From positions 4,480,001 through 4,544,000 of the forward strand of contig OY969695.1 of the NCBI GenBank assembly GCA_963701965.1: DNA of 64,000 nt, written 5' to 3'. The notes beneath the pieces are model-generated. The model worked only from the letters and a program-made list of their open reading frames with translations. It was not told where the DNA came from and ran no database searches. This document shows, piece after piece, positions 49,833-62,223 of the stretch. This DNA is from an uncultured Gemmatimonadales bacterium (GTDB taxonomy: Bacteria; Gemmatimonadota; Gemmatimonadetes; Gemmatimonadales; Gemmatimonadaceae). The stretch's first letter is position 1. Every line of letters begins with the position of its first letter. The position numbers and the translations under genes were made by a program.

Positions 49833-50798
49833 ATGCCGACCGCGCTGATCACGGGCATTACCGGCCAGGACGGCTCGTACCTGGCCGAATTGCTGCTCGA
49901 AAAGGGCTATCGTGTCGTCGGCATCGTCCGCCGCAGCTCCACGACGCCCTACGAGCGCATTGGGCATCTCGTCGATCGCGTCGAGTTGATCTCGGCTGAT
50001 CTCCTCGACCAGCATTCGCTGGTCGATGCCATGGCCGAGTGCCGGCCGGACGAGATCTACAATCTCGCCGCCCAGAGCTTCGTGCAGACATCGTGGACGC
50101 AGCCCGTCCTCACCGGGGAGTTCACGGCCCTCGGCGTCACGCGGATGCTCGAAGCCATGCGCAAAGCCGCGCCCCGCGCCCGATTCTACCAGGCCAGCTC
50201 CAGCGAAATGTTCGGCATGGTGCTGGAGACGCCGCAGCGCGAGTCGACCCCGTTCTACCCGCGTTCGCCCTATGGCGTCGCCAAAGTGTATGGGCATTGG
50301 ATCACGGTGAATTACCGCGAGAGTTACCGCCTCTACGCGGTCTCCGGCATCCTGTTCAATCACGAGTCCCCGCGGCGCGGCTTGGAGTTCGTGACGCGCA
50401 AGGTCACCGACGCCGCCGCGCGCATCAAGCTCGGTCTCGCGCGCGAGGTCAAGCTCGGGAATCTCGAATCGCGGCGCGACTGGGGCTACGCCGGAGACTA
50501 TGTCGACGCCATGTGGCGCATGCTTCAAGCCGACACTCCCCGCGATTTCGTGATCGGTACCGGGGAGACCTGGTCCGTGCGCCAGCTCTGCGAGATCGCA
50601 TTTCAACACGTCGGGCTCGACTACCACGACTATGTCGTGCAGGATCAGCGATTCATGCGACCAGCCGAAGTCGATCTTCTCGTCGCCGATGCGACGCACG
50701 CGCGCCAGCAGCTTGGCTGGGCGCCCTGTATCTCGTTCCGCCAACTGGTCGCGATGATGGTCGACGCCGACCTGGCGCGCCACGGTCCCCGGTCATGA
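49833..50798 (+). CDS. gmd: GDP-mannose 4,6-dehydratase
   Basis: [44 protein letters not shown]. Confidence 0.96.
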   Translation: MPTALITGITGQDGSYLAELLLEKGYRVVGIVRRSSTTPYERIGHLVDRVELISADLLDQHSLVDAMAECRPDEIYNLAAQSFVQTSWTQPVLTGEFTALGVTRMLEAMRKAAPRARFYQASSSEMFGMVLETPQRESTPFYPRSPYGVAKVYGHWITVNYRESYRLYAVSGILFNHESPRRGLEFVTRKVTDAAARIKLGLAREVKLGNLESRRDWGYAGDYVDAMWRMLQADTPRDFVIGTGETWSVRQLCEIAFQHVGLDYHDYVVQDQRFMRPAEVDLLVADATHARQQLGWAPCISFRQLVAMMVDADLARHGPRS

Positions 50799-51766
50799 AG
50801 GCGCTGGTCACGGGTGCCGGCGGGTTCGTCGGACAGTGGCTCTGCCGCGCCCTGCTGGAAGCCGGACATACGGTCGCGGGCGGCACACCGGACAATCCGG
50901 CGGCAGCGACGATGCTCGCCGAGGACGAGCACGCCGGGATCACCTGGGTGCGGGGCGATATCCGCCGCGCCGATGATGTCCGCGCCTTTCTCGATGCCGC
51001 GACCCCCGACGTCGTGTTCCACCTGGCGGGCGTGAGCTCGGTCACCGGCGCCGCGCTCGATGCGGGGACCGCGACCGATGTCAATGTCGTCGGCGCCGCG
51101 CGCCTCATGGCCGAGATCCGCGTGCGGCGCCGGACCGGCGTCCTCGACCCACTGGTCCTCATTGTCGGCAGTGCCGAGCAGTACGGACGCCACGACCCGT
51201 CGGAACAGCCGTTGTCCGAGGATGCCGAGCAGTGTCCCTTGAGCGTCTACGCCGCCACCAAAGCTGCCCAGGAAGTCGTGGCGCTGGAAGCCTTTCGGAG
51301 CGAGGGCGTCCGCGTCGTCTGCACCCGGAGCTTCAATCACAGCGGCGCCGGCCAGTCGCCGACGTTCCTGCTCCCCGCGTTGGTGAGCCGCGCGCTGGCG
51401 GCCCGGACGCAACGCCCGCCGAAGCTCACGATCGGATCGCCGACCATCGTCCGGGACTTTCTCCATGTGAACGACGTGGTCGACGCCTACATGGCCCTCG
51501 CCACCCGGGGCCGTCCCGGCGAGGTCTATAACATCTCCAGCGGGCGCGGCACGTCCGTGAAAGACCTGGCCGTCGCCATCCTGGCCGCCGCGGGTGTCAA
51601 GGCGCCCATCGTGACCGACCCGGAGCTCGTGCGCGGCGCCGACGTGCCGTCGTTGGTGGGCGACAACAGCAAGCTGCGCGAGGCCACCGGCTGGTCGCCG
51701 GAACACGGAATACCCGACATTATTGAGGATCTGATCGCACACACCGCGCATGCCTCGACGCACTGA
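50795..51766 (+). CDS. rmd: GDP-4-keto-6-deoxy-D-mannose reductase-like extended SDR
   Basis: [40 protein letters not shown]-coupled to gmd. Confidence 0.72.
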   Translation: MKALVTGAGGFVGQWLCRALLEAGHTVAGGTPDNPAAATMLAEDEHAGITWVRGDIRRADDVRAFLDAATPDVVFHLAGVSSVTGAALDAGTATDVNVVGAARLMAEIRVRRRTGVLDPLVLIVGSAEQYGRHDPSEQPLSEDAEQCPLSVYAATKAAQEVVALEAFRSEGVRVVCTRSFNHSGAGQSPTFLLPALVSRALAARTQRPPKLTIGSPTIVRDFLHVNDVVDAYMALATRGRPGEVYNISSGRGTSVKDLAVAILAAAGVKAPIVTDPELVRGADVPSLVGDNSKLREATGWSPEHGIPDIIEDLIAHTAHASTH

Positions 51767-54700
51767 CCTGCACCGCATTCTGCTCCTCGGCTCCGGTCCG
51801 ATCATCATCGGCCAGGCGGCGGAGTTCGACTATTCCGGCACGCAGGCGGCGCGCGCGCTCAAGGAGGAAGGCTATTTCGTCATCCTCGTGAACTCGAACC
51901 CGGCCACGATCATGACCGATCCCGAATTCGCGGATCGGACCTATATCGAGCCGGTGACGCCCGAGTTCGTGGAGATGGTCATCGCCGAGGAGCGGCCCGA
52001 CGCCCTGTTGCCGACGATGGGCGGCCAGACGGCGCTCAACGTCGCCATGGCACTCCACAAGAACGGTGTCCTGGAGCGCTACGGCGTGGAGCTGATCGGC
52101 GCCAACGCGCGCGCGATCGAGCTGGCCGAGGATCGGGCCCTGTTCGCCGACGCCATGCGGCGGATCGGACTGTCGGTGCCGCTCGGCGGCATCGCCACGA
52201 CGTGGGACGAAGCCGAGGCGCTGGCCGACACCGTGGGCTTTCCCGCGATCATCCGCCCTTCGTTTACGCTGGGGGGCACCGGCGGCGGCATCGCCTACAA
52301 CCGCGACGAATACGAAGCCATCGTCCGGCGCGGATTGGAGCTGTCGCCCACCACGCAGGTCCTGATCGAAAAGAGCGTACTGGGGTGGAAGGAGTTCGAG
52401 TTGGAAGTCATGCGCGACGGCGCCGACAACGTCGTCATCGTGTGCTCCATCGAGAACCTCGATCCCATGGGCGTGCACACGGGCGACTCGATCACGGTCG
52501 CGCCGGCCATGACCCTGACGGATCGCGAGTATCAGCACATGCGGGACGCGGCCATCCGGGTCATCCGCGAGATCGACGTGGAGGCCGGCGGCTGTAACAT
52601 CCAGTTCGCGGTCGATCCGCGCACCGGCACCATGCTGGTGATCGAGATGAATCCCCGCGTGTCGCGCTCCTCGGCGCTGGCCTCCAAGGCGACGGGATTC
52701 CCGATCGCCCGCATCGGCGCCAAGCTCGCGGTCGGCTATCTCCTGCACGAGATCCGCAACGACATTACCAAGACGACCCCGGCATCGTTCGAGCCCGTGC
52801 TCGACTACGTGGTGGTCAAGGCGCCGCGCTTCGCGTTCGAGAAGTTCGCGACAGCGAACCCGCAGCTCACGACGCAGATGAAGTCGGTGGGTGAGTCGAT
52901 GGCGATCGGGCGCACGTTCAAGGAGGCATTTCAGAAGGCGTTGCGCGCGCTCGAGGCCGGCCGCACAGGCTGGACGATTGGCGCCACCCCGGCCGAGGAC
53001 CGCCTCACGGACGATAGCGTGGAATCCTTGCGCTCGGCGCTGCGCATGCCGACGCCCGAGCGCGTGTATCAGCTCAAGCGCGCCATGCAAGCCGGTATTG
53101 CATTGGCCGACCTGTACGACATGACCGCGATCGATCCGTGGTTTTTGTCGGAGATGCACCAACTGATGGACGCCGAGCGCCGCTACGCGGCCCTGGCGTC
53201 CCCTGGTGGCTCGGACCTCCGCGACATGAAGCGCATGGGGTTCTCGGACGTCCAGCTGGCGAAGTTGCGCGGTGAAGACGAGAGCAGCGTGCGCCGAAGG
53301 CGTCACGCCCTCGGCTTGCGCCCCGCCTACAAGATGGTCGACACCTGCGCGGGCGAGTTTCCGTCGGCCACGCCCTACTTGTACGGCAGCTACGACGACG
53401 AGAGCGAAGCGCCGCGCAGCGGGCGCCCGTCGGTCGTGATCCTGGGCAGCGGTCCCAATCGGATCGGGCAGGGGGTCGAGTTCGACTACTGCTGCGTGCA
53501 GGCCGCCATGGCGCTGCGCGGCCGGTTCGAGACGATCATGATCAACTCGAACCCCGAGACCGTCTCCACCGACTACGACATCTCGGACAAGCTCTATTTC
53601 GAGCCGCTGACGTTCGAGGACGTGCTGGAGATCGTCGAGCGGGAGCAGCCGATCGGCGTGATCGTGCAGCTCGGCGGCCAGACCCCGCTCAAGCTGACCC
53701 GCGCGCTGGAGGCGGCGGGCGTGACCATTCTCGGCACGTCGCCCGACGCGATCGACATCGCGGAAGATCGCCGGCGTTTCGAGAAGATCACACGCGAGCT
53801 GGGCCTCACCCAGCCGCCGAATGGCACGGCGGTAAGCGTCGATGAAGCGGCGACGATCGCGGCGGGCATCGGGTATCCGGTGATTCTGCGTCCGTCCTAC
53901 GTGCTCGGTGGGCGCGCGATGGAAGTCGTGTACGACGAGCCTTCGCTGCGCCAGTACTTCACGCGCGCCGTCCAGGTGTCGGAAGCGCGGCCCGTCCTGA
54001 TCGACCACTTCCTCGAGGACGCCTTCGAGGCCGACGTCGATGCGATCGCCGACGGCGCACGGGTAGTCATCGGCGGGGTGATGCAACATATCGAGGACGC
54101 CGGGATTCACTCCGGGGACTCGGCCTGCGTGCTGCCGCCCTACTTGATCGAAGACCACGACGCCGATCTCATGCGCGAGCAAACCGTCGCGCTGGCCCGC
54201 GCCCTCGGCGTCGTAGGACTGATCAACGTGCAGTTCGCGATCAAGGACAAGGTCGTCTACGTCCTGGAGGTCAATCCGCGGGCCAGCCGCACGATCCCGT
54301 TCGTGTCGAAAGCCGCGGGCGTGTCACTGGCGGCGATCGCGGCGCGCGTGATGACGGGCGAGTCGCTGGAGGCGATCGGCTATACGAAGGAGGTCATCCC
54401 GCCGTACGTCGCGGTGAAAGAGGCCGTGTTCCCGTTCAACAAATTCCGCGAGTTCGACCCCGTTCTCGGACCCGAGATGCGGTCGACGGGCGAAGTCATG
54501 GGCATCGCCGATTCGTTCGGGAGCGCCTTCGCCAAGGCGCAGGTCGCGGCCGACAACAGCCTGCCGGCGACGGGCGCGGTGTTCGTGACCGTCAACGACG
54601 CGGACAAGCGCACCGTCCTGCCGATCGTCCGGCGCTTTCACGAGATGGGATTCCGGTTGTTCGCCACCGAAGGCACCGCGCGGTACCTGCGGCGCCACGG

Positions 54701-54995
54701 CGTGCGTGCCGAGCGCGTGTTCAAGGTCCACGAGGGGCGGCCGCACGGGATGGATCTGATCGTCAACGGCGATGTGCAACTCCTCATCAACACGCCGTTG
54801 GGCAAGCATGCGTTCCGCGATGACTATTCGCTGCGCCAACAGGCGATCGCCCACGGGGTGCCGTATACGACGACGTTGACCGCCGCCGAGGCCGCGTGCA
54901 ACGCCGTGCTCGCGCTGCGCTCCCGTCCCCAGTCGGTGCGCTGCCTCCAAGAGTGGCACGCGCTCATTCAGGATGCGCAGGAGGCGGTGCTGTGA
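51750..54995 (+). CDS. carB: Carbamoyl-phosphate synthase large subunit
   Basis: [47 protein letters not shown], and a C-terminal MGS domain; 1081 aa. Confidence 0.98.
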   Translation: MPRRTDLHRILLLGSGPIIIGQAAEFDYSGTQAARALKEEGYFVILVNSNPATIMTDPEFADRTYIEPVTPEFVEMVIAEERPDALLPTMGGQTALNVAMALHKNGVLERYGVELIGANARAIELAEDRALFADAMRRIGLSVPLGGIATTWDEAEALADTVGFPAIIRPSFTLGGTGGGIAYNRDEYEAIVRRGLELSPTTQVLIEKSVLGWKEFELEVMRDGADNVVIVCSIENLDPMGVHTGDSITVAPAMTLTDREYQHMRDAAIRVIREIDVEAGGCNIQFAVDPRTGTMLVIEMNPRVSRSSALASKATGFPIARIGAKLAVGYLLHEIRNDITKTTPASFEPVLDYVVVKAPRFAFEKFATANPQLTTQMKSVGESMAIGRTFKEAFQKALRALEAGRTGWTIGATPAEDRLTDDSVESLRSALRMPTPERVYQLKRAMQAGIALADLYDMTAIDPWFLSEMHQLMDAERRYAALASPGGSDLRDMKRMGFSDVQLAKLRGEDESSVRRRRHALGLRPAYKMVDTCAGEFPSATPYLYGSYDDESEAPRSGRPSVVILGSGPNRIGQGVEFDYCCVQAAMALRGRFETIMINSNPETVSTDYDISDKLYFEPLTFEDVLEIVEREQPIGVIVQLGGQTPLKLTRALEAAGVTILGTSPDAIDIAEDRRRFEKITRELGLTQPPNGTAVSVDEAATIAAGIGYPVILRPSYVLGGRAMEVVYDEPSLRQYFTRAVQVSEARPVLIDHFLEDAFEADVDAIADGARVVIGGVMQHIEDAGIHSGDSACVLPPYLIEDHDADLMREQTVALARALGVVGLINVQFAIKDKVVYVLEVNPRASRTIPFVSKAAGVSLAAIAARVMTGESLEAIGYTKEVIPPYVAVKEAVFPFNKFREFDPVLGPEMRSTGEVMGIADSFGSAFAKAQVAADNSLPATGAVFVTVNDADKRTVLPIVRRFHEMGFRLFATEGTARYLRRHGVRAERVFKVHEGRPHGMDLIVNGDVQLLINTPLGKHAFRDDYSLRQQAIAHGVPYTTTLTAAEAACNAVLALRSRPQSVRCLQEWHALIQDAQEAVL

Positions 54996-55582
54996 TCGCC
55001 GCCGACGCGTTCGTGCACGAATCCGCCTACGTGGACGACGGCGCGGTGGTGGGCTCCGGCACCAAGATCTGGCACTTTTGCCACGTGCTGTCCGGCGCCG
55101 TCATCGGCAGCCGGTCGAGCCTGGGCCAGAACGTGGTCGTCATGGGCGGGACGCGCATCGGCGACAACGTGAAGATCCAGAACAACGTGTCGGTGTACGA
55201 AGGCGTCGAGCTCGAGAATGATGTGTTCTGCGGACCGTCAATGGTGTTCACCAACGTCATCAACCCGCGGAGCCACGTCTCGCGCCGGCACGAATATCGA
55301 CGCACCCTGGTGGGCCGCGGTGCCACGATCGGCGCCAACGCGACGATCGTGTGCGGCGTGACGCTCGGGGAATATGCGTTCATCGGGGCGGGAACGGTCG
55401 TGACGAAAGACGTGGCGCCGTTCGCGCTGGTCGTCGGCGTCCCGGGGCGGCGCCTCGGGTGGATGTGCCGGTGCGGCGAGCGCCTCGGCGATGGGACGGC
55501 CGCGAGCGGCGGGGCGTGTGACGTGTGCGGCACTCGGTACGTCCCGGCCGGGGGAGGAATCGCCATCGTGGAGAGCCCGTGA
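54992..55582 (+). CDS. wbpD: Hexapeptide N-acetyltransferase (WbpD/WlbB-like)
   Basis: [38 protein letters not shown]. Confidence 0.85.
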   Translation: MIAADAFVHESAYVDDGAVVGSGTKIWHFCHVLSGAVIGSRSSLGQNVVVMGGTRIGDNVKIQNNVSVYEGVELENDVFCGPSMVFTNVINPRSHVSRRHEYRRTLVGRGATIGANATIVCGVTLGEYAFIGAGTVVTKDVAPFALVVGVPGRRLGWMCRCGERLGDGTAASGGACDVCGTRYVPAGGGIAIVESP

Positions 55583-56643
55583 ACAGAGTGAGCGACCAGG
55601 TGCCCGTGCACAGGTTTCGCATCGCCGTCGTGGGCGCCGGACGTATCGCGCGCAACCACTACGACGCGATCGCGAAAGTGGAGGGTCTGGAGCTGACGGC
55701 CGTCTGCGACGTCGACGCCGAGCGGGCGCGCGAAGCGGGAGAGGCGCAGGGGGTGCCGTGGTTCCGGTCCTACGAGGAGATGCTGGCACAGGCGCCGTGC
55801 GACATCGTCGCCGTGGCGACGCCGTCCGGGCTCCATCCCCGCCACGGCATTCTCGCCGCCCATGCCGGCAAGCACGTGGTGTGCGAAAAGCCAATGGCGA
55901 TCACCCTGTCCGCCGCGGATGAGCTCGTACAGGCGTGCGACGATGCCGGGGTGCAGCTGTTCGTGGTCAAGCAAAACCGGTTGAACGCGACCATCCAGCT
56001 GCTCAAGCGGGCGATCGACAAGCAACGGTTTGGTCGCATTTACATGGCGAACTGCACGGTCCGCTGGGCGCGGCCCCAGGAGTATTACGATTCCGCGCCT
56101 TGGCGCGGGACCTGGGAGTTCGACGGCGGGGCGTTCATGAATCAGGCGTCACACTACGTCGACCTCATTCAGTGGCTCGTCGGTCCGGTCGAAAGCGTCA
56201 TTGCCAAGACGGCCACGCTCGCCCGGCGGATCGAGACCGAGGATTCCGGGATCGCCATTCTCAAATTCCGGAGCGGCGCCCTCGGTACCATCGAAGTCAC
56301 CATGCTCACGTATCCCCGGAATCTCGAGGGTTCCATCACGATTCTCGGGGAGAAGGGCACCGTGAAAGTCGGCGGCACGGCGGTCAACAAGATCGAGCAT
56401 TGGACCTTTGCCGAGTACGACGACGACGACAAGCTCGTGGATGCCGCGGCCAGCAATCCGCCCAACGTCTATGGGTACGGCCACGAGGGGTACTACCGGA
56501 ACGTGCTGTCCGTCCTGCGGGGCGAGGCCAAGGCCGACACCGACGGCCGCGCGGGCCGCAAGTCGCTCGAGCTGATCCTCGGTATCTACCAATCGGCCAA
56601 AGCGGGCCGCGAGATCCCGCTGCCGCTGCAAGCCAAGATCTAG
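55579..56643 (+). CDS. Gfo/Idh/MocA oxidoreductase (WlbA/WbpB-like UDP-GlcNAcA 3-dehydrogenase)
   Basis: [39 protein letters not shown]. Confidence 0.85.
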   Translation: MNRVSDQVPVHRFRIAVVGAGRIARNHYDAIAKVEGLELTAVCDVDAERAREAGEAQGVPWFRSYEEMLAQAPCDIVAVATPSGLHPRHGILAAHAGKHVVCEKPMAITLSAADELVQACDDAGVQLFVVKQNRLNATIQLLKRAIDKQRFGRIYMANCTVRWARPQEYYDSAPWRGTWEFDGGAFMNQASHYVDLIQWLVGPVESVIAKTATLARRIETEDSGIAILKFRSGALGTIEVTMLTYPRNLEGSITILGEKGTVKVGGTAVNKIEHWTFAEYDDDDKLVDAAASNPPNVYGYGHEGYYRNVLSVLRGEAKADTDGRAGRKSLELILGIYQSAKAGREIPLPLQAKI

Positions 56644-56710
56644 GCGCGGACCCGCTTTCCGGCGCGCCGGTGTGATGCCAGTCACGGCGCCCCCAAGCCG
56701 TCGCCGTTGA

Positions 56711-56740
56711 TTGACAGCGCCCCCCCGAGACCGGCAGCTT
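56711..56740 (+). promoter_or_regulatory. Possible internal sigma70 promoter
   Basis: TTGACA-N18-CAGCTT ending 9 nt before ATG 56750, with no SD visible. Confidence 0.4.
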
Positions 56741-56749
56741 TCATCTGCT

Positions 56750-57856
56750 ATGGCAGTGCCTCTCCTCGACCTGCGCGCGCAGCACGCGACGATCCGCGAC
56801 GAGGTCGTCACGGCCATGATGCGCGTAGTCAATGATCAAGCGTTCATCCTCGGCCAACCCGTCGCCAAGCTGGAAGCGGCGGTGGCGAGTCTGTCCCGGA
56901 CCCGGTTCGCGATCGGTTGCGCCAACGGGACGGACGCGATCATTCTGGCCCTGCGGGCCCTCGACATCGGACGCGACGACGAAGTCATCACGACGCCGTT
57001 CACGTTCTTCGCGACGGCGGGCACGATCCACAACGTGGGCGCCCGCCCGGTGTTCGTGGACATCGACCCCGCCACGTTCAATATCGACCCGGCCGCGATC
57101 GCCGCCGCGGTGACCCCGCGGACCCGCGCGGTCATCCCCGTCGATCTCTTCGGGCAAATGGCCGCGTTGGATCGCGTCGCTGGCGCGGCGCGCGGTCTCC
57201 CCATGATCGAGGACGCCGCGCAATCGATCGGCGCCCGACGGGCCATCGACGGCGAATGGCGGATGGCCGGCGAAGCGGCCACTATCGGTACCTTCTCGTT
57301 CTTCCCCTCCAAGAACCTGGGCGGTTGGGGCGACGGCGGCATGGTGGTCACGCAGGACGAGCGCCTGGCGCAGCGTCTCATGCGCCTCCGCACCCACGGC
57401 GGCACCAAGACGTACTATCACGAGGAAGTCGGGTACAACTCGCGCTTGGACACCCTGCAGGCCGCGGTGCTGGACGCCAAGCTTCCGCACCTCGCGCGGT
57501 GGAGCGCCCGCCGCCGCGAAAACGCCGCCTACTATACGGCGGCATTCGCCGACCTGGGCGATGTGCGGACGCCGGTGATCGCGCCCGAAAACGAGTCGAT
57601 CTTCAATCAATACACGATCCGCGTGCCCCGGCGCGACGATCTGGCGCAGCACCTCAAGTCGCGGGGCATCGGGTCGGCGATCTACTATCCGCTGCCGTTG
57701 CACCTCCAACCCTGCTTTGCCTATCTCGGGTACAAGGCGGGACAACTGCCCGAGTCCGAACGCGCGTCGCGCGAAGTCTTGTCGCTGCCCATTTATCCGG
57801 AGCTCACACGGGGCCAGTTGGACGAGGTGGTCGCCGCCGTGCGCGAGTTCTTTTAG
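56750..57856 (+). CDS. DegT/DnrJ/EryC1/StrS aminotransferase (WbpE-like)
   Basis: NGTDA, EDAAQ, SFFPSKNLG (PLP Lys), GYNSRLD, LSLPIYP. Confidence 0.92.
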   Translation: MAVPLLDLRAQHATIRDEVVTAMMRVVNDQAFILGQPVAKLEAAVASLSRTRFAIGCANGTDAIILALRALDIGRDDEVITTPFTFFATAGTIHNVGARPVFVDIDPATFNIDPAAIAAAVTPRTRAVIPVDLFGQMAALDRVAGAARGLPMIEDAAQSIGARRAIDGEWRMAGEAATIGTFSFFPSKNLGGWGDGGMVVTQDERLAQRLMRLRTHGGTKTYYHEEVGYNSRLDTLQAAVLDAKLPHLARWSARRRENAAYYTAAFADLGDVRTPVIAPENESIFNQYTIRVPRRDDLAQHLKSRGIGSAIYYPLPLHLQPCFAYLGYKAGQLPESERASREVLSLPIYPELTRGQLDEVVAAVREFF

Positions 57857-57868
57857 CCCAGGATCCCA

Positions 57869-59188
57869 ATGAAAGAACAGTTGCTCGCGAAGATCAACGA
57901 CCGGACGGCCGTGATCGGCGTCGTGGGTCTTGGGTACGTGGGTTTGCCGCTGGCCGTGGAGTTTGCCAAGGCGGGCTTTCACGTGATCGGCTACAATGTG
58001 AGCGCCCGGGTCGTGTCGGCGCTGAACGCGGGGCGGTCGCACATCCAGGACGTGCCGTCGGCCGAGGTCGCGGCCCTGGTCTCCGCGGGCAAGCTCGAGG
58101 CGACGACGGACGGCAACCGCCTGAGTGAAGTCGACACCGTCTCGATCGCCGTCCCGACGCCATTGGTCAAGACGCGCGATCCCGACATGAGCTTTGTCGA
58201 CAAGGCGACCGACACGATCGCCGAGCAATGCCATCCCGGCACGTTGATCGTGTTGGAGAGCACGACCTATCCGGGTACCACCCGCGAGCTGGTGTGGCCC
58301 AAGTTCGAGGCGCGCGGTCTCAAGGCCGGCGTCGACGTCTTTTTGGCATTCAGCCCCGAGCGCGTCGATCCGGGCAACGAGAAGTACAATACCCGCAACA
58401 CGCCCAAGGTCGTCGGCGGCCTGACTCCCGCCTGCATGGACGTCGCCTACGCCCTCTACGCCACCTGCGTCGACAAAGTCGTCCGTGTGACCAGCCCGGA
58501 AGTCGCCGAACTGGTCAAGTTGCTGGAAAACACCTTCCGCTCCGTCAACATCGCCCTCGTGAACGAGACGGCGATCGTCTGCGACCGGCTCGGTGTTGAC
58601 GTCTGGGAGGTCATCAATGCCGCCGCCACGAAGCCCTTCGGCTTCATGAAGTTCACGCCGGGTCCCGGGATTGGCGGACACTGTATTCCGCTCGATCCCC
58701 ACTATCTCGCATGGAAGATGCGGACGCTGAACTACAAAACGCGTTTCATCGACTTAGCCAGCGAGATCAATAGCCAGATGCCCGACTACGTAGTGGAGAA
58801 AGTGGCGCACGCCCTCAACGATGCCCGGAAAGCGGTGAACGGTAGCCGGGTACTGGTGATTGGGGTGGCCTACAAGAAGAACATCGACGACATCCGGGAG
58901 AGCCCGGCACTCGACGTGATCCGACTGCTCGAGGGGCGCGGCGCCACGGTCGCCTACCATGATCCGTTCATTCCCCGTTTCCGCGAGGAAGGGCACGAAC
59001 GGGTCGGTGTCGCCTTGAATGCCGCGGAGTTGGAGCGGTCGGACGCCGTCGTCATCGTCACCGATCACACGGGCGTCGACTATCAGCTCATTGTCGACCA
59101 CACGGATGTGGTCGTCGATACCCGAAACGCGACTGCGGGCGTTCGGAACCCGTCCGCCCGGATCGTGTCGCTTTCGACCGCGGCCTGA
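57869..59188 (+). CDS. Nucleotide-sugar dehydrogenase (WbpA-like UDP-GlcNAc 6-dehydrogenase)
   Basis: GLGYVGLPL, VPTP, ESTTYPG, SPERVDPG, KLLENTFR, GGHCIP, DIRESP. Confidence 0.9.
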   Translation: MKEQLLAKINDRTAVIGVVGLGYVGLPLAVEFAKAGFHVIGYNVSARVVSALNAGRSHIQDVPSAEVAALVSAGKLEATTDGNRLSEVDTVSIAVPTPLVKTRDPDMSFVDKATDTIAEQCHPGTLIVLESTTYPGTTRELVWPKFEARGLKAGVDVFLAFSPERVDPGNEKYNTRNTPKVVGGLTPACMDVAYALYATCVDKVVRVTSPEVAELVKLLENTFRSVNIALVNETAIVCDRLGVDVWEVINAAATKPFGFMKFTPGPGIGGHCIPLDPHYLAWKMRTLNYKTRFIDLASEINSQMPDYVVEKVAHALNDARKAVNGSRVLVIGVAYKKNIDDIRESPALDVIRLLEGRGATVAYHDPFIPRFREEGHERVGVALNAAELERSDAVVIVTDHTGVDYQLIVDHTDVVVDTRNATAGVRNPSARIVSLSTAA

Positions 59189-59200
59189 CGGGCCTCCGGC

Positions 59201-60502
59201 ATGAACATCACAGTAGTGGGTAGCGGGTACGTGGGCCTCGTCGTGGGCGCGTGCTTTGCGGAGACCGGGAACGACGTCACCTGCGCGGACGTCGATCCGA
59301 AGAAGATCGAGGGCCTCAAGCACAACCGGCTCCCGATCTACGAGCCTGGCCTGTTGCCGCTCGTGGAGCGGAACCAACAGCAAGAGCGGCTCGCGTTCAC
59401 GACCGACATCGCGGGCGCGATCGCGTCGGCCAGCGTCGTGTTCATCGCGGTGGGCACCCCGCCCGACGAGGACGGCTCGGCCGATCTGCGTCACGTGCTC
59501 TCCGTGGCCGAGGAGATCGGCCGGCACGCGACGCGCGAGCTCGTGGTGGTGACCAAGTCGACGGTCCCGGTGGGCACGGCGGGCAAAGTCGCCGAAGCGA
59601 TGGCCCGCCACGCGAAGCACAAGTTCCACATGTGCAGCAACCCCGAGTTTCTGAAGGAAGGGGCCGCGGTCGACGACTTCATGAAGCCCGACCGCGTCGT
59701 CCTGGGCGTGGCCACGGATTTCGCGCGCTCGGTGATGGCGGAGCTGTATGCGCCGTTTGTCCGCACGGGCAAACCGATCATCTTCATGGATATCGCCTCG
59801 GCCGAGATGACCAAGTACGCGGCCAACGCGATGCTGGCAACGCGTATTTCGTTCATGAACGAGATCGCGCGTCTGTGTGAGATTGTCGGCGCCAATATCG
59901 ACTCCGTCCGCCGGGGTATCGGCAGCGACGCGCGAATCGGATCCTCGTTTCTGTTCCCCGGGCCCGGCTACGGCGGGTCGTGCTTCCCCAAGGACGTCCA
60001 AGCCTTGGTCCGGACCGCCCAGTCCGTGCACGTGCCGCTCGAAGTTGTCGCCGCCGTCGAGCGGGCCAACGAGCGCCAGAAGCACGTGCTGTTCGAGAAG
60101 GTCAGCCGGGCGCTCGACGGCTCGCTCAACGGTGCCCGCATCGCGGTCTGGGGGCTGGCGTTCAAGCCGCAGACCGACGACATGCGCGAGGCGCCGGCGC
60201 TGACCCTGATCGATGAGCTGCTGGCGGCCGGCGCCACCGTGCGGGCGCACGACCCGGTCGCCGAGCACGAAGCCCGGCGGCGCCTCGGCGACCGTATCGC
60301 CTATGCCGACTCGAACTACAATGCCGCCAATGGCGCGGACGCGCTGATCGTCGTCACCGACTGGAACGAGTACCGCCATCCCGATTTCCGGCGGATCAAA
60401 GAGGCTCTCAAGCGCCCGGTGTTGATCGACGGACGCAACCTGTACGATCCGCAGCAGATGCGATCACTGGGGTTCATCTACGACTCGATCGGACGCACCT
60501 GA
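59201..60502 (+). CDS. ugd: UDP-glucose 6-dehydrogenase
   Basis: GSGYVGL, KSTVPVG, NPEFLKEG, GYGGSCFPKD, FKPQTDDMRE. Confidence 0.93.
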   Translation: MNITVVGSGYVGLVVGACFAETGNDVTCADVDPKKIEGLKHNRLPIYEPGLLPLVERNQQQERLAFTTDIAGAIASASVVFIAVGTPPDEDGSADLRHVLSVAEEIGRHATRELVVVTKSTVPVGTAGKVAEAMARHAKHKFHMCSNPEFLKEGAAVDDFMKPDRVVLGVATDFARSVMAELYAPFVRTGKPIIFMDIASAEMTKYAANAMLATRISFMNEIARLCEIVGANIDSVRRGIGSDARIGSSFLFPGPGYGGSCFPKDVQALVRTAQSVHVPLEVVAAVERANERQKHVLFEKVSRALDGSLNGARIAVWGLAFKPQTDDMREAPALTLIDELLAAGATVRAHDPVAEHEARRRLGDRIAYADSNYNAANGADALIVVTDWNEYRHPDFRRIKEALKRPVLIDGRNLYDPQQMRSLGFIYDSIGRT

Positions 60503-60505
60503 CCT

Positions 60506-61453
60506 ATGCGCGTGCTCATCACCGGCGCCGCGGGCTTCCTCGGCTCGCATCTGGCCGACCGTTTTCTGGCTGAGGGGCACAGCGTCGTAGGGTTGGACAA
60601 TTTCGTCACCGGGCATCCCGAGAACATCGCCCATCTCATCGGGCGGCCCGATTTCTCGTTCTTGCGGCACAACATCTCGACCTTCACGTTCGTCGCCGGG
60701 CCGCTCGACGGCGTGCTCCATTTCGCGTCGCCGGCGAGCCCCGTCGACTACCTCGAGCACCCCATCCCCACGCTCAAAGTCGGGGCGCTCGGCACCCACA
60801 ATGCGCTGGGGCTGGCCAAGGCCAAGGGGGCGCGGTTCTTTCTGGCCTCCACATCCGAGGTCTATGGGGATCCGCTGGTGCATCCCCAGACCGAGTCCTA
60901 TTGGGGCAACGTCAATCCCATCGGGCCCCGCGGCGTCTATGACGAGGCGAAGCGCTTCGCCGAGGCCATCACCATGGCCTATCACCGGTTCCATGGCGTC
61001 GATACGCGGATCGTGCGGATCTTCAATACGTATGGCCCGCGCATGCGCCCGCGGGACGGCCGCGTCGTCTCCAATTTCATCGTGCAGGCGCTGACCGGCG
61101 AGCCGATCACGATCTACGGCAACGGTGCGCAGACGCGCAGCTTTTGCTACGTCGACGACGAAGTCGATGGCATTTACCGGCTTTTCATGAACGGCGACGC
61201 CGATCCCACCAACATCGGCAACCCCGACGAGTACACGGTGAAGGAGCTGGCCGAGATCGTCGTGGAGCTGACCGGGACGCGGTCGCCCATCGTGTACCGC
61301 GACCTGCCCGTGGACGATCCGAAGGTCCGGCGCCCCGACATCACGCGCGCCTGCACCATGCTCGGATGGACGCCGAAGGTGCCAGTCCGCGAAGGCGTAA
61401 CCCGGACGATCGAGTATTTCCGGTCGCTGATCGGCACGGATCGCATGGCATGA
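60506..61453 (+). CDS. UDP-glucuronate decarboxylase (UDP-xylose synthase family)
   Basis: [50 protein letters not shown]. Confidence 0.92.
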   Translation: MRVLITGAAGFLGSHLADRFLAEGHSVVGLDNFVTGHPENIAHLIGRPDFSFLRHNISTFTFVAGPLDGVLHFASPASPVDYLEHPIPTLKVGALGTHNALGLAKAKGARFFLASTSEVYGDPLVHPQTESYWGNVNPIGPRGVYDEAKRFAEAITMAYHRFHGVDTRIVRIFNTYGPRMRPRDGRVVSNFIVQALTGEPITIYGNGAQTRSFCYVDDEVDGIYRLFMNGDADPTNIGNPDEYTVKELAEIVVELTGTRSPIVYRDLPVDDPKVRRPDITRACTMLGWTPKVPVREGVTRTIEYFRSLIGTDRMA

Positions 61454-62187
61454 CCACCGGGGTGCGTGACCTCCTCGATCTCGCGCCCGATCCCGTCGAG
61501 CGGGCCCGGGAGCGGTTCGCGGTCCGCGACTACCACGGCGCTGTCCTCTTGCTGGCCGAGGCGATCGGCGGCGGATGCGGGTATGCCGACGCCTACAACC
61601 TGTACGGGTTGGCGCTGGCCATGGTCGACCGGCCCCTGGAAGCCCTGTATCAGTTCGACCAGGCCCTGGAACGCAATCCCCGCTACGTCGAAGCGCACCT
61701 CAATCGGGCCGTGCTGCTCAACGGGCTAGGGCGCACCGAGGAGGCCGCCGCGTCATTCGCGATGGCGGAGGCGTTCGGCCGGCCGGACGAGACCGGCTTT
61801 CCGGTCGTGGTCGGCAACCGGCTGGCGAACGCCCATGCCGCACTGGCGGATGAGTACCGGAACGCCGGGGCGTCGGAGGAGGCCATCACGCAGTACCGCC
61901 GGGCCTTGGCGCTGAGGCCCGGATACGTGGACATCGGGCTGTCGTTGTCCCGCACCCTCCTCGAGGCGCAGCGGTACGAGGAAGCCGCGGAGTCCCTGGA
62001 TGCGGTGCTGGCCGTGCGCCCCGAATTGCTGGATGCCCTCTTATTGCGCGGTTTGACATCGTATCTTCGAGGAGAGCACGCGACCGCCGGACGGGTCTGG
62101 GATCGCGCCGCTGTTGCCCACCCCGGCGATCCGCGGGTAGAGACCTATCGATCCATGCTCGCCCGCCACTCGGCGGGAGGGCAGTGA
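61450..62187 (+). CDS. Tetratricopeptide repeat protein
   Basis: Repeated helical TPR patterns ([37 protein letters not shown]). Confidence 0.85.
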   Translation: MTTGVRDLLDLAPDPVERARERFAVRDYHGAVLLLAEAIGGGCGYADAYNLYGLALAMVDRPLEALYQFDQALERNPRYVEAHLNRAVLLNGLGRTEEAAASFAMAEAFGRPDETGFPVVVGNRLANAHAALADEYRNAGASEEAITQYRRALALRPGYVDIGLSLSRTLLEAQRYEEAAESLDAVLAVRPELLDALLLRGLTSYLRGEHATAGRVWDRAAVAHPGDPRVETYRSMLARHSAGGQ

Positions 62188-62223
62188 ACCAGAGCCAGAG
62201 TGTCGGGTATCAATAACATCACA

